Sequence record: OZ346164.1
Length of the DNA stretch: 64,000 nt
Source: a phage
Direction: 5' to 3' (one strand)
Shown here: positions 30,058 to 40,065 of the stretch, in pieces
How positions within the stretch are numbered: position 1 is the stretch's first letter
How the letters are laid out: each line of letters opens with the position of its first letter
Notes under the pieces: generated by a model
Databases searched by the model: none
Told to the model about the DNA's origin: nothing
The model's input: only the letters and a program-made list of their open reading frames with translations
Translations under genes and position numbers: made by a program

Positions 30058-30180
30058 TGGAGATGATATGTATCTGTCAAACCTAAAACGTTCTGCTGCA
30101 ATGTCAGTGTTAAGACTTAGCTTTGAGGAACGTCAAGAGTTCATTGACTCCACCAATACGACCCCTCAAACTCCAATCAC

Positions 30181-30453
30181 ATGATTCTCTGGAATCGTGA
30201 AAGTACTCGTGAAAGAGTACTATTCCGTTATTACCCACACTACACTATAGATAACCTGTATGAATGTTTTGTTGTGAAGAACACCATTGCAGTGCTCAAT
30301 AAGCTTTGTAGATACACAGGTAGTCAATCCTTCACATTAGGCCACCACAAACCTGTTACAAAAGGTGGTGAACATCACTGTGCAAACTGGTTTATTCAGA
30401 CTAAAGCTGATAACCAGAAGCAAGGAGATAACCTTTTAAGTGCCCTAAGATGA
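30181..30453 (+). CDS. small HNH endonuclease
   Basis: GHHKPVTKGGEHHCANW...NQKQ matches HH..GG..N..N HNH pattern. Confidence 0.5.
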   Translation: MILWNRESTRERVLFRYYPHYTIDNLYECFVVKNTIAVLNKLCRYTGSQSFTLGHHKPVTKGGEHHCANWFIQTKADNQKQGDNLLSALR

Positions 30454-30573
30454 CCTATGAAGAGCAAGAGAGATATATCAAAAATAATATGCCAGATGTG
30501 CTTGACAACAACTATACAGATTTGGCAATATCTCTCCTGTTGAAGTTCGAGACAGTTTATAGGGCAACTTATA

Positions 30574-30852
30574 ATGGCTAAAGAAAAGTGGGAGATTTTA
30601 CCATTAGTCAGTGAAGGAGGTAATGGTTGTGAAATGTACATGATACGTGGTCATGTTCCAGAGCCAATTGCACTTGAGATGGTAAACAACTTTACAGATG
30701 GTTCTTACAAAGACTTAGGCGAACCAACTGTCAAGCAACAATGGGTTAAACCTGTACCAGACAGCACAGGTAACTGTAGTGTACTTTATCACGTTGTAGA
30801 CCCTGCAAAATGCAAATCTGCAATGGCAGTAACAAACGTAACTTTTGATTGA
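30574..30852 (+). CDS. hypothetical protein
   Basis: 92 aa ORF. Confidence 0.3.
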   Translation: MAKEKWEILPLVSEGGNGCEMYMIRGHVPEPIALEMVNNFTDGSYKDLGEPTVKQQWVKPVPDSTGNCSVLYHVVDPAKCKSAMAVTNVTFD

Positions 30853-31745
30853 GAGAGAAAACTATGAAAACTGTTATTGAAGCCGTCATCACCGCTCAAG
30901 AGAAATTCTTCCACACAGAAAAATTTAATATCATTCAATTCCCATCTGGAGAAATTGGTGGAAACTTCTCTGAAGATTTTGTTAAGTTTACTGAGCGTAA
31001 TGCCGGTAAGATTGATAATGTTATAATTACTGTACAGGGATATGACAAAGATACACTGTTTGCATTAGCTTTGGCTAAGGATGCCGTTGACAGTCTTGTT
31101 CCCCAGAAATCAGCGATGAAAACCGTTGTTTTCGGGTTCTTACCAAATGCTCGATATGACCGCCACATGTTCAAAGGTGATGCAGCAGCACTGAAAGTCT
31201 TTGCCAACCTAGTTAATGCAATGGGTTTTGATGCAGTATGTGCTCTTGACCCTCATAGTAATGTTGCAGAAAACTTATTTAAGTGCTTTCAAAGCATGAA
31301 GCAAAAAGATGTGGCAGTACACTTTGCAAGTGACCCACGCATTGATTTCTTGGTAGCCCCAGATGCAGGTGCAGCTAAGAAGACTGAAGATACCGCTAAA
31401 GAGGTGGATAAACCGTATATCACAATGTCTAAGGTGCGCAATCTTAAGACTGGAGAAATCACTGGTATGCGAATCCTAGACGATGTTGATTTGACCGATA
31501 AAACTGTCATGATTCTTGATGATATCTGTGATGGTGGTCGAACCTTCGTAGAGGCAGCTAAACACCTACGTGAAGCAGGTGCAAAACGTGTGGAACTCTA
31601 TGTAACTCATGGTATTTTCTCTAAAGGTGTTGAAAACTTACTTGACAACGGTATTGACCATATCTACACTACAAACACCTTAGGTGAAGCTAAAGACCGT
31701 GGCTTAACACATTACGCCCAAGTTACTGTAGCAACCATTGATTGA
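30849..31745 (+). CDS. ribose-phosphate pyrophosphokinase-like protein (candidate ADP-ribose pyrophosphate synthetase)
   Basis: PRTase motif ILDDICDGGRT and ALDPHS region typical of Prs family. Confidence 0.7.
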   Translation: MREKTMKTVIEAVITAQEKFFHTEKFNIIQFPSGEIGGNFSEDFVKFTERNAGKIDNVIITVQGYDKDTLFALALAKDAVDSLVPQKSAMKTVVFGFLPNARYDRHMFKGDAAALKVFANLVNAMGFDAVCALDPHSNVAENLFKCFQSMKQKDVAVHFASDPRIDFLVAPDAGAAKKTEDTAKEVDKPYITMSKVRNLKTGEITGMRILDDVDLTDKTVMILDDICDGGRTFVEAAKHLREAGAKRVELYVTHGIFSKGVENLLDNGIDHIYTTNTLGEAKDRGLTHYAQVTVATID

Positions 31746-31792
31746 AACTTTATATGGGCTTGAAAGCCCCACTTTGAGAGAGAGATTAAAAG

Positions 31793-33574
31793 ATGACTAA
31801 ATCACTTTACGCAGTACCAGCAGGTCTTAATGCAGATGCTTACAAGGCATCACATATATATCAGTATCCAGATGCTACGCAATATCTTATGTTGAACCTG
31901 ACACCACGTAGTGATAAATGGTTTAACAGCCCTTTGGCAATTGACGGTGTAGTGGCTTTTGGTATTCAACGTTTCGTTAAAGATTACTTGATAGACCACT
32001 GGAACGCCACTTTCTTTGAACGTGATAAAAAAGAAGCCATTGATGAAATCTTAGAAGTCATGAATGGTGTTCTGGGTAAAGATGCTATCGGTCGAGAGCA
32101 CTGGGAAGCACTTCACGACTTAGGTTATCTACCAGTTGAAGTATACGCTGTAGAAGAAGGTACAGTTGTCCCTATGCGCGTCCCAATGATTGTCTTCCAG
32201 AACACTGTTTCAGGCTTCCATTGGGTAGCGGGGTATCTGGAAGATGCTTTCTCTGCTGAGATTTGGAAGGCTTGTACCATTGCAACTATTGCATTGCACT
32301 ACAAACGTATCTGTAAGAAGTGGGCTGACCTTACTTGTGACAACGACTTGCATTTGCCTTATCAGTGCCATGACTTTGCTATGCGTGGTATGTCCGGCTT
32401 TACTGATGACGCATTTAACGCTGTAGGCCACTTAACCAGCTTTAAAGGAACTGATAGCTTCCCTGCTGTGTATACGGCTAAACGAATCTATGGACAGTCC
32501 TACCCAATCTCTGATATTGGTAGCTCTGTACCAGCCACTGAGCACTCTGTAATGTGTGCAAACATTGCTTGGGAAGGTGGTAATGAGTTGATTGAAGAAG
32601 AAAGACGCTTTAAAGGTGAGTTACAAACCTTCCGTCGTTTCTTAACAGAAACTTACCCAACTGGTATTGCAAGTGTTGTTTCAGACACTTATAACTTCTG
32701 GAGAACTGTGTCAGAAATTTTACCAGCACTTCGTAAAGAAATTATGGAACGTGATGGCAAACTGGTAATTCGTCCTGACTCTGGAGACCCTGTACATATT
32801 GTCACAGGTTATAAAGCAATCCACTTAGAATGTGCTAAAAAGGCTTATTACGAGCACCTAAGCAAGCTGGAAGCCAGTGACACAATGTTGAATGCTGTTC
32901 TGAACATGAAGCTTGAAAATATCAACTATGGTATTGCTGGATGGCTACTGTCAGAAGGCTACGAAATGGTTGTTGACAGAGAAGACTTTGAAGTTGCTGA
33001 TACAGTGATGTTGAAAAATGCTTATATGGTTGGTTCTGCAAACGTTGTAACACGTCCTGTAGCTGAGATTGATGGAGCTATTAAGACACTGTACAACATC
33101 TTCGGAGGGACTATTAACTCTAAAGGGTTTAAGGTACTGGATGAGCACATCGGCCTTATCTATGGTGACTCTATCACGCTGGAACGTGCAAACGAAATCC
33201 TGAAGCGTCTGTATGAAATGGGTTTTGCAAGCTCTAACGTAGTGTTTGGTGTAGGCTCTTACACTTACCAGTACATGACTCGTGACACCTTTGCATTTGC
33301 TGTCAAAGCAACTCTTGCAAGCATTGGTGGTAAAGAGATTATGCTTGCAAAAGACCCTAAAACAGATAGTGGTGTTAAGAAATCTGCCTTTGGTGGTGTA
33401 GCACCTATGTGGGATGGTGATAAGCTGAAAGCTGTAGATGGCTATGGATTCCAGAGTTTTGCAGATGTACTTGACCACCAAGCTTGTGCTTTACGTTTAG
33501 TCTTTAGCGACTCTGAGCAGTTCGGTTATACAACTCTTGGAGATATTCGAAATAATATTGACAAGCAGCTTTAA
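31793..33574 (+). CDS. nicotinamide phosphoribosyltransferase-like protein
   Basis: N-terminal NADAYKASHIYQYP resembles NAMPT/NadV signature. Confidence 0.7.
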   Translation: MTKSLYAVPAGLNADAYKASHIYQYPDATQYLMLNLTPRSDKWFNSPLAIDGVVAFGIQRFVKDYLIDHWNATFFERDKKEAIDEILEVMNGVLGKDAIGREHWEALHDLGYLPVEVYAVEEGTVVPMRVPMIVFQNTVSGFHWVAGYLEDAFSAEIWKACTIATIALHYKRICKKWADLTCDNDLHLPYQCHDFAMRGMSGFTDDAFNAVGHLTSFKGTDSFPAVYTAKRIYGQSYPISDIGSSVPATEHSVMCANIAWEGGNELIEEERRFKGELQTFRRFLTETYPTGIASVVSDTYNFWRTVSEILPALRKEIMERDGKLVIRPDSGDPVHIVTGYKAIHLECAKKAYYEHLSKLEASDTMLNAVLNMKLENINYGIAGWLLSEGYEMVVDREDFEVADTVMLKNAYMVGSANVVTRPVAEIDGAIKTLYNIFGGTINSKGFKVLDEHIGLIYGDSITLERANEILKRLYEMGFASSNVVFGVGSYTYQYMTRDTFAFAVKATLASIGGKEIMLAKDPKTDSGVKKSAFGGVAPMWDGDKLKAVDGYGFQSFADVLDHQACALRLVFSDSEQFGYTTLGDIRNNIDKQL

Positions 33575-33587
33575 AAGTATATGATAA

Positions 33588-33612
33588 GAGGCTCCTACGG
33601 GAGCCTTTTTAA
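33588..33612 (+). terminator. rho-independent terminator
   Basis: GGCTCCTACGGGAGCC hairpin plus T-run. Confidence 0.6.
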
Positions 33613-33627
33613 TTTCTGGAGAAGACT

Positions 33628-33963
33628 ATGAAAATCAAAGAAATGAACATCAACATTGTCTTAGAAGAACGTTGGGAGAACATCAAGAAGCCTGAAGATG
33701 GTAAAAAGTTCCTTAACAAAATTTTAGTAGCAGCTAAAGAAGAACTGACTGGCAAGATTGCAGCAGCAATCACAATAAAAATCTGTGTAAAAGGTCTTCC
33801 ACAACATCACCAATTTGCACTTGACGAGTTTAAAGAAAGCTTCTACAATCCAAACAAACAGATGCTTGAAAGTAACTTTGCAGTGTCTACAAGTATCGTC
33901 CATGACAGAAGCTTTATCCTTTACAAGAATATGAGAGGTGAGTCATGCAAGCATATTGGATAG
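33628..33963 (+). CDS. hypothetical protein
   Basis: 111 aa ORF. Confidence 0.35.
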   Translation: MKIKEMNINIVLEERWENIKKPEDGKKFLNKILVAAKEELTGKIAAAITIKICVKGLPQHHQFALDEFKESFYNPNKQMLESNFAVSTSIVHDRSFILYKNMRGESCKHIG

Positions 33964-34121
33964 AAATTTTACTGTCACTTGGTAGTGTAGCAGTATTTGT
34001 TTACCTTCTTTGCAAGTACTATGCAGAGCACAAGAAGTGTGATTACTGCAACGGGGAAGGGTACACAAGAGCAGGCTGTTGCCCTATGTGTGGTGGTTCT
34101 GGTAAAATGTTTAATAAGTAA
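33945..34121 (+). CDS. small membrane-anchored zinc-finger protein (not in ORF track)
   Basis: 58 aa: hydrophobic N-terminus then two CxxCxGxG repeats (CDYCNGEG, CPMCGGSG). Confidence 0.3.
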   Translation: MQAYWIEILLSLGSVAVFVYLLCKYYAEHKKCDYCNGEGYTRAGCCPMCGGSGKMFNK

Positions 34122-34149
34122 TTTAACAGTAAACTAAGAGGAAAGTATT

Positions 34150-36516
34150 ATGCGCATGGTAAATGACCACGCAGAAGTGATTAAGAGTTCAACTTCTTTA
34201 GAGACGTCTCAAGCACAGATTACAATGACACCTGAGATGTTCAGCCTTTTGAGTTCTGGTGTATACACCTTTAAAGAAAGGGCAGTGATTCGCGAACTGT
34301 CATGTAACGCAGTAGATGCTCAGAAAGAAGCTGGAAAAGAGAACATCCCATTCCATGTGCATTTACCTACTCGTTTTGAGCCTTACTTCGAAGTTCGTGA
34401 TTTTGGAACTGGATTGACTCATGATAAAGTTATGAGTTTGTACCTAAACTATGGAGCTTCTACGAAGAATGACTCTAATGACTACATTGGTGCAATGGGT
34501 ATCGGCTCAAAGTCACCATTTGCAATTGCTCAGTCATTCACAGTATCTAGCTATGTTGACGGTGTTGTTAATAAATACTCTGTTTATCTTGAGAATGGTA
34601 TCCCTCAAGTAACTAAGCTGACAACTAACCCAACAAAAGAACCTAATGGTTTGGCTGTACGTGTGGCAGTTGCTGACCACCGTATCTCAAAGTTCTTTGA
34701 AGAAGCTGGAAATGTGTACTCATACTTCACTGTAAAACCAGAAAGTAATATTGAGTACGACGATGTATTAGCAGATATGAACGTCATTGCCCGTGAAGAA
34801 GGTGTTTATGATGCCATGATTCATAAGCAAAGCTGGCGTTCTAGTGGTAACAGGACAGAGTTTAATGTGGTGATGGGTAATATTGCCTATCCAGTGAACA
34901 TGGAAGCATTACTTGGTGATGATTTCTTCAAAGTCTTGCCAGAGTTTTTCCGTAGGAGCGTAGACCTTGTAAACATCTACATGCCTATTGGTTCAGTTGC
35001 TATAGCAGCTTCTCGTGAAGCATTGCAGATGAATGATACGACAAAAAATGTTATCATCGAGGCTACCAAAAAGATAACTGAAGCAATTACAAAGGATGTT
35101 ATCAAGAAAGTTAATAGTCAACCTACACTTATGGATGCTGCACAGGCTTATGCTGAGTTACGTTTGAACTCACGAGAGATGTTTAATGCTGTGTGTCCAA
35201 AGCTAGAGTGGGGAGGCGTTAAGCTTGATTCTCTGGAAGAAGAATTACTAAACATTCGTCGTGGAATTATCTACGCAGAAGACGGCTCAGTCATTTATGA
35301 ACGTGACGGCAAAGGTAATATTAAGGTTGATAGGAATGGGAACAATATCCCTAAAGTAGATTATCTTTATGACCCAGTTGCTTATGTCAAGTTCAACTCT
35401 TTAGAGAGTAAGATTCGTGCAACATCACTTTCCTACACTCAAGAGGCAAGTATGTTCAATATCTTTGGCGCAATGCGTAAAAGCCAAATTGAACAGTTTT
35501 TGTTTGTTATAAATGACCGTCGAAATAAAAACGGTACTGAGAAGACTGTAGGACGCAACCAAATCTTGCGTGGTGCATGTCGAGACTATGCCAGTGAATC
35601 AAGTCTGTTTCACAGATACAATGGTATTGTCTTTGTATTCTCTACAGAGAAAGAGCTAGACGACTTAATCAATCTGCACAAACTTGATAAAAGCTTGTTA
35701 AAGATTGTGAAGATGTCTGATAAGGAACATCATTATCAGCGTAAAGAAGCTGTAAGAGGCGTTGTAAAACTTTGGAAAGCTGTTCCAGCAGAAGGTGTAG
35801 CTTCCTATAAAGAGGTTTCAGAGGACTTTGATACAATTGAAGAACCTCAGCTTTACATTAAGGCAGTCGGTGACACAGTTGATGGTGAATGTTTTTGCTC
35901 ATCTCCAGAAGATGTAGCTAAGTCAGTTGCTAATGTTACAGGTAAGACAGTCTATGTTTTCCGAAAAGCAAATTGGAAAAAGATACCAGAAGACTGGATT
36001 GAAGTAGATGAGAAACTCTTGAACGACAGCTTAACTGATGTTCATTGGATTAATCATAACAGGTATATGACACGTATCTATATGAATGGTGTCCTCGACC
36101 TTACAAGCAGTTGGATTATTGCCAGAAACTTTACGTTCAATAACAGGAAGATTTCTCGTGGCTATTGTTATTCACGGGATACAAACAAAACTATCTTCTT
36201 AGAAGGTAATGAAGATGCTGTAGAGGCAATGTTTGGTAAAATCCAATACGTTGCTGCGCCTTTTGCATACACTTACACTATTAGTGTGTTGCAAGATTTA
36301 AAAAGCTGTCTTGATAATGATACAAAGCTGTACAAGAAAATTAAGAAAGCTGGTGACCGTATGGTCATCAAGGTGACAAACTACCTTTCAAAAAGAAAAC
36401 AAGAAAACTTCTTGCTTTCTCATTTAGATTGGAATAAAGTGTCACCCATCGAAGTGAGTAAGTTCTTAGGCTTTGATGTGAAGTGTGTTCCAGAAGGGAC
36501 TACAATTTACGATTAA
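34150..36516 (+). CDS. rIIA: rIIA-like protein
   Basis: 788 aa; N-terminal ATPase-like region (NAVDA, DFGTGL, GIGSK motifs); followed by rIIB-sized gene. Confidence 0.7.
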   Translation: MRMVNDHAEVIKSSTSLETSQAQITMTPEMFSLLSSGVYTFKERAVIRELSCNAVDAQKEAGKENIPFHVHLPTRFEPYFEVRDFGTGLTHDKVMSLYLNYGASTKNDSNDYIGAMGIGSKSPFAIAQSFTVSSYVDGVVNKYSVYLENGIPQVTKLTTNPTKEPNGLAVRVAVADHRISKFFEEAGNVYSYFTVKPESNIEYDDVLADMNVIAREEGVYDAMIHKQSWRSSGNRTEFNVVMGNIAYPVNMEALLGDDFFKVLPEFFRRSVDLVNIYMPIGSVAIAASREALQMNDTTKNVIIEATKKITEAITKDVIKKVNSQPTLMDAAQAYAELRLNSREMFNAVCPKLEWGGVKLDSLEEELLNIRRGIIYAEDGSVIYERDGKGNIKVDRNGNNIPKVDYLYDPVAYVKFNSLESKIRATSLSYTQEASMFNIFGAMRKSQIEQFLFVINDRRNKNGTEKTVGRNQILRGACRDYASESSLFHRYNGIVFVFSTEKELDDLINLHKLDKSLLKIVKMSDKEHHYQRKEAVRGVVKLWKAVPAEGVASYKEVSEDFDTIEEPQLYIKAVGDTVDGECFCSSPEDVAKSVANVTGKTVYVFRKANWKKIPEDWIEVDEKLLNDSLTDVHWINHNRYMTRIYMNGVLDLTSSWIIARNFTFNNRKISRGYCYSRDTNKTIFLEGNEDAVEAMFGKIQYVAAPFAYTYTISVLQDLKSCLDNDTKLYKKIKKAGDRMVIKVTNYLSKRKQENFLLSHLDWNKVSPIEVSKFLGFDVKCVPEGTTIYD

Positions 36517-36521
36517 AGTGT

Positions 36522-36551
36522 TTGACAAGGGGCTTCAAAGCCCCTTAGAAT
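36522..36551 (+). promoter_or_regulatory. sigma70-like promoter with hairpin in spacer
   Basis: TTGACA, 18 bp spacer forming AGGGGCTTCAAAGCCCCT hairpin, TAGAAT. Confidence 0.45.
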
Positions 36552-36595
36552 AGCCTTACAAAATGATTTATTAACTAACAAGAGAGAGTAATAAG

Positions 36596-37705
36596 ATGAC
36601 TACTAAAACTAAAGCACAGATTGACGCAGAAATTTACGAACTGGTTAAAGAAGGTAAGCTGACTAAAACAGCTATTGCACAGAAGTTCAATACTTCAACC
36701 CGTTCAGTTGGTCGTGCTGTAGAGCGTCATGAAGCAACCTTAAAAGGTAAGAAGAAGGTGACTTCTACACCAGCTAAGAAGACCCTAAAGCAAGTTGCTA
36801 AGTCAGTTAAAAAGAAAGCTGGCAAACCAGTTGAAAAGGCCGTTAAAGATGCTGTACAGAAAGCCCCAGTAAATAAACTGCATGAAGCTATGCAGAAAGA
36901 TGACAAGATTGAGTACATGATTACTGGTGACTCTGTAATTATGACTTACGGTTCAGAATCTGAAATTGTTGAGTCTACTCATCCGAACTATCAAGAAATT
37001 GTAGTCCATGTTGTGAAAGGTGAGTTCAAGAAAGCATTTGAACTAATGAACATTCGTAAGTCTATCGAAAACTTCACTCAGGGTGCTATCACAATCAAAG
37101 GCGATAAGCTCTTCTACGGTGCTGTTGAGATGCGTTCTACTCTGGTTGACCGTATTCTTCACATGATGAAGACTGGAGATAAGGGTTTTGAACGCCTTGT
37201 GATGTTCTTCGAAAAACTGATGGAAAACCCATCTAAAGATTCTGTAGAACAACTTTGGGGATTCGTATCTCACCTTGATGTTGAAATTGATGAAGAAGGC
37301 TACATCATTGGTTGGAAGAAAGTCTCTACTCATGAAGGCAAGCTGGTTGACTCCCACACCTACAGAGTACCTAATGATTTGGGTAACATTGTAGAAATGC
37401 CACGTTGGATGGTTGATAATAACCGTAACGTGACTTGCTCTCAGGGTCTTCACGTTGGTGCTTGGGATTATGTTCGTTGCTTCTCAGGTGATACAATCCT
37501 GAAGGTTCGTGTCCATCCACGAGATGTTGTATCTGTTCCAACTGATTACAACGATATGAAGATGCGTTCGTCTCGTTATGAAGTTGCAGCAATCGTTGAT
37601 AATCAACGTAAAGTGCTGAAAGAATGGGATGGCAAGACTGAAGCTTTGCATGTCATCGTTGGCACTGCTGGTGAACTAATCTCCCAACGTAAACGTGAAA
37701 TCTAA
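36596..37705 (+). CDS. rIIB: rIIB-like protein
   Basis: 369 aa immediately downstream of rIIA-like gene; assignment by synteny. Confidence 0.55.
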   Translation: MTTKTKAQIDAEIYELVKEGKLTKTAIAQKFNTSTRSVGRAVERHEATLKGKKKVTSTPAKKTLKQVAKSVKKKAGKPVEKAVKDAVQKAPVNKLHEAMQKDDKIEYMITGDSVIMTYGSESEIVESTHPNYQEIVVHVVKGEFKKAFELMNIRKSIENFTQGAITIKGDKLFYGAVEMRSTLVDRILHMMKTGDKGFERLVMFFEKLMENPSKDSVEQLWGFVSHLDVEIDEEGYIIGWKKVSTHEGKLVDSHTYRVPNDLGNIVEMPRWMVDNNRNVTCSQGLHVGAWDYVRCFSGDTILKVRVHPRDVVSVPTDYNDMKMRSSRYEVAAIVDNQRKVLKEWDGKTEALHVIVGTAGELISQRKREI

Positions 37706-37719
37706 TAAGTAATTTCTTA

Positions 37720-37748
37720 AAAGGCTGCTTCGGCGGCCTTTTTTATTT
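37720..37748 (+). terminator. rho-independent terminator
   Basis: GC-rich hairpin AAGGCTGCTTCGGCGGCCTT plus T-run. Confidence 0.55.
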
Positions 37749-37805
37749 GTATTTTGTGCAGAGTGCTGTATAATTGTTGTCACGATAAACTAAACAGGAG
37801 AACCA

Positions 37806-38354
37806 ATGAAGAAATTGATTCTAGGTTTGTGCTTAATGTTTACAGCACACTTATCTTATGCAGTTGACTGCCCAGAGCTATCAATTAGCCAAAAAGTAAA
37901 CATGTTAAAAGCTTACCAGTATGGTGAGAATAACATGGGTAAAGGTTGGGGTATCACTCTAGCTGCTATAGCCTTACAAGAGTCAGAGTTAGGTCTGAAG
38001 GTAGAGAATAAAAAGACACATGACTATGGTATTTTCCAGAATCACTTGAAGACTGTTGTAAAGCGTAACAAAATCAGTCCTAATGTGGCTAAAAAGAAAC
38101 TCTTAAAAGATTTTGATTATGCTGCGAAGGAAACGCACAAAGAACTTGAGTTTTGGACAAAGGTGCATGGTCAGCCAAAGTCAAAGAAGGCTTTACAAAA
38201 AGTTTTAGCATCTTATAATGCTGGGTATTCGTACAGAATCCCTAAAGCTAAGAAATATTCTCAAGATGTCTATAACAATATGAAAGTAATTGCTCAATGT
38301 GAATTTGCAACAAACATTTCTAAGGTAAACCATGAAAAAATTAAGAAAGTCTGA
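37806..38354 (+). CDS. secreted protein, possible lytic transglycosylase
   Basis: Signal peptide; LQESELG...DYGIFQ resembles SLT catalytic region. Confidence 0.35.
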   Translation: MKKLILGLCLMFTAHLSYAVDCPELSISQKVNMLKAYQYGENNMGKGWGITLAAIALQESELGLKVENKKTHDYGIFQNHLKTVVKRNKISPNVAKKKLLKDFDYAAKETHKELEFWTKVHGQPKSKKALQKVLASYNAGYSYRIPKAKKYSQDVYNNMKVIAQCEFATNISKVNHEKIKKV

Positions 38355-39027
38355 TGAAGTACTGTGTCATGCTTATGACTTACATCCTCATGAGTTGGGT
38401 CTTGATTCCTGTGTATGGACTCCAGAACAGTGTAGAGACTTTGAAGACACCGCAAGAGAAGTTGTATGTTCACTTGAAGAGTTCCACACATCAGAACCAA
38501 TTGTGAACGTTGTGGACAAAGAGACTGGGCAATCCATAGGTGTAAAACGTGATAGCTTAGTCATAGTCAACAAAGACCTTGTAGAGAAAGGTAATCTTAT
38601 CTTAGCAGATATTGATGGAGTTCTTACAAATTTTAATCACGAAGATTGTTCAACGGAATTGACTGATGGTTCATTTTCACAGTACACTAATCTTCTTGAT
38701 TCTGTAAGAGCAAAACCAACGTATGTTTTCAATATCATTGATGCAATTGCTAATCATGCTGCCGTTGGACTCTTGACAGCGAGAGGCGAATCTCAGAGAA
38801 TACCCACTGAGATGTTTTTAAGGCATAACACAGAGCATAACTACATGCTTTTTATGCGTGGTTTTGGTACTAACTCTATAAGTGCAGAAAGTTTGAAAGT
38901 GAGGATGATTCAGTCTTGCATTCTGCCTTACTTTAATATAGTATGTTTTATAGAAGATACAGAGAAGAATGTGCAGAAGGTGAACAGAATCCTTCCACAC
39001 ATCAAAACCATGTTAGTTAAACATTGA
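38332..39027 (+). CDS. hypothetical protein
   Basis: 231 aa ORF. Confidence 0.35.
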   Translation: MKKLRKSDEVLCHAYDLHPHELGLDSCVWTPEQCRDFEDTAREVVCSLEEFHTSEPIVNVVDKETGQSIGVKRDSLVIVNKDLVEKGNLILADIDGVLTNFNHEDCSTELTDGSFSQYTNLLDSVRAKPTYVFNIIDAIANHAAVGLLTARGESQRIPTEMFLRHNTEHNYMLFMRGFGTNSISAESLKVRMIQSCILPYFNIVCFIEDTEKNVQKVNRILPHIKTMLVKH

Positions 39028-39037
39028 GAGAAAACTT

Positions 39038-39502
39038 ATGAACAATATCATTACGGTAGCACTGGACGTTACGGCAAACAAATCTGAAGTAGTTCGTAAC
39101 ATTATCAAGAGCAACTTTGAGGGTAAAATCTTCCGTGCTGTCAATGTAAAAGCAGACGGCAACATCCGAGAGTATCGTGCTCTTTTGAATGTTAAGAAAC
39201 ACGTAAAAGGTTCTGGTTCAACGACAGCACACAAAGAAAACCTGATGACCATCTATGATATGGGGATGGCTTCAGAATTAGGTGCTGAAGGTATCGTTAA
39301 AGAAGGTGCTCCGTATCGCTCTTTCAATCTGGAAACTGCTCTCATGCTTTCCTTTACAAGTGGTTCTAAAACAACTACTTATCTCTTTACTGATGCTGCA
39401 ACGGTATCTGCTATCAAGGATAGCACTGTCAAAGCTGGGGTAGCTGCTGCTGCAAAAGCTTCTTCGATGGCTGCAAATGTCCTTGCTAAAGTCCTCGGTT
39501 AA
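39038..39502 (+). CDS. hypothetical protein
   Basis: 154 aa ORF followed by terminator. Confidence 0.4.
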   Translation: MNNIITVALDVTANKSEVVRNIIKSNFEGKIFRAVNVKADGNIREYRALLNVKKHVKGSGSTTAHKENLMTIYDMGMASELGAEGIVKEGAPYRSFNLETALMLSFTSGSKTTTYLFTDAATVSAIKDSTVKAGVAAAAKASSMAANVLAKVLG

Positions 39503-39513
39503 GGTTAAGATAC

Positions 39514-39537
39514 AGGCTCCTTCGGGAGCCTTTTTCA
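39514..39537 (+). terminator. rho-independent terminator
   Basis: GGCTCCTTCGGGAGCC hairpin plus T-run. Confidence 0.6.
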
Positions 39538-39554
39538 TTTCAGGAGATTGTTAA

Positions 39555-39902
39555 ATGACATTTAAAGAGTTCTGTCAAGCTACTTTCATAATTGTTTTCT
39601 TAGTTGGGGCAGGTGTCTGGGGAGGATACTCTTACAGAGACTACCAAGTTGCTGAAGCTGAGTTAAGCAATGAGAAACTAATAAGTGTTGCTAAAGATGC
39701 TTATCAGGAAGGTTTAGCCACACTCAGCACCAATTACAAAAATGATTTGAAAGATGTGCTTGCTAAGAATAAGCATACAAAAGAGGTACTAACATATGAA
39801 AAAACTAAGCCAGAGTTTTATAATGTTTGTGTTACTGATAATTATGTCAGGGTGTTCAACCAACAAAGTGAACAGTACATTCAAAAACTCCCAAGTAAGT
39901 GA
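39555..39902 (+). CDS. inner-membrane spanin (Rz-like)
   Basis: N-terminal TM anchor then helical periplasmic domain; lipoprotein gene overlaps its 3' end in another frame. Confidence 0.5.
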   Translation: MTFKEFCQATFIIVFLVGAGVWGGYSYRDYQVAEAELSNEKLISVAKDAYQEGLATLSTNYKNDLKDVLAKNKHTKEVLTYEKTKPEFYNVCVTDNYVRVFNQQSEQYIQKLPSK

Positions 39903-40065
39903 GAGTGACAAGTACACTCAAGATGAGTCAAGATTCACTGTCAAAGGTAATACCGGTAGTGATGTGGCAGCAGCCCTTGAGTTTTACCGTGATGGATTCT
40001 ACCAGTGTACAATCAAAGCTAATAACCTTATTGATATGATTTTATTAGGAAACAAACAGCAATGA
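39796..40065 (+). CDS. outer-membrane lipoprotein spanin (Rz1-like)
   Basis: Lipobox IMSGC signal; ORF starts inside preceding gene in a different frame. Confidence 0.5.
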   Translation: MKKLSQSFIMFVLLIIMSGCSTNKVNSTFKNSQVSESDKYTQDESRFTVKGNTGSDVAAALEFYRDGFYQCTIKANNLIDMILLGNKQQ

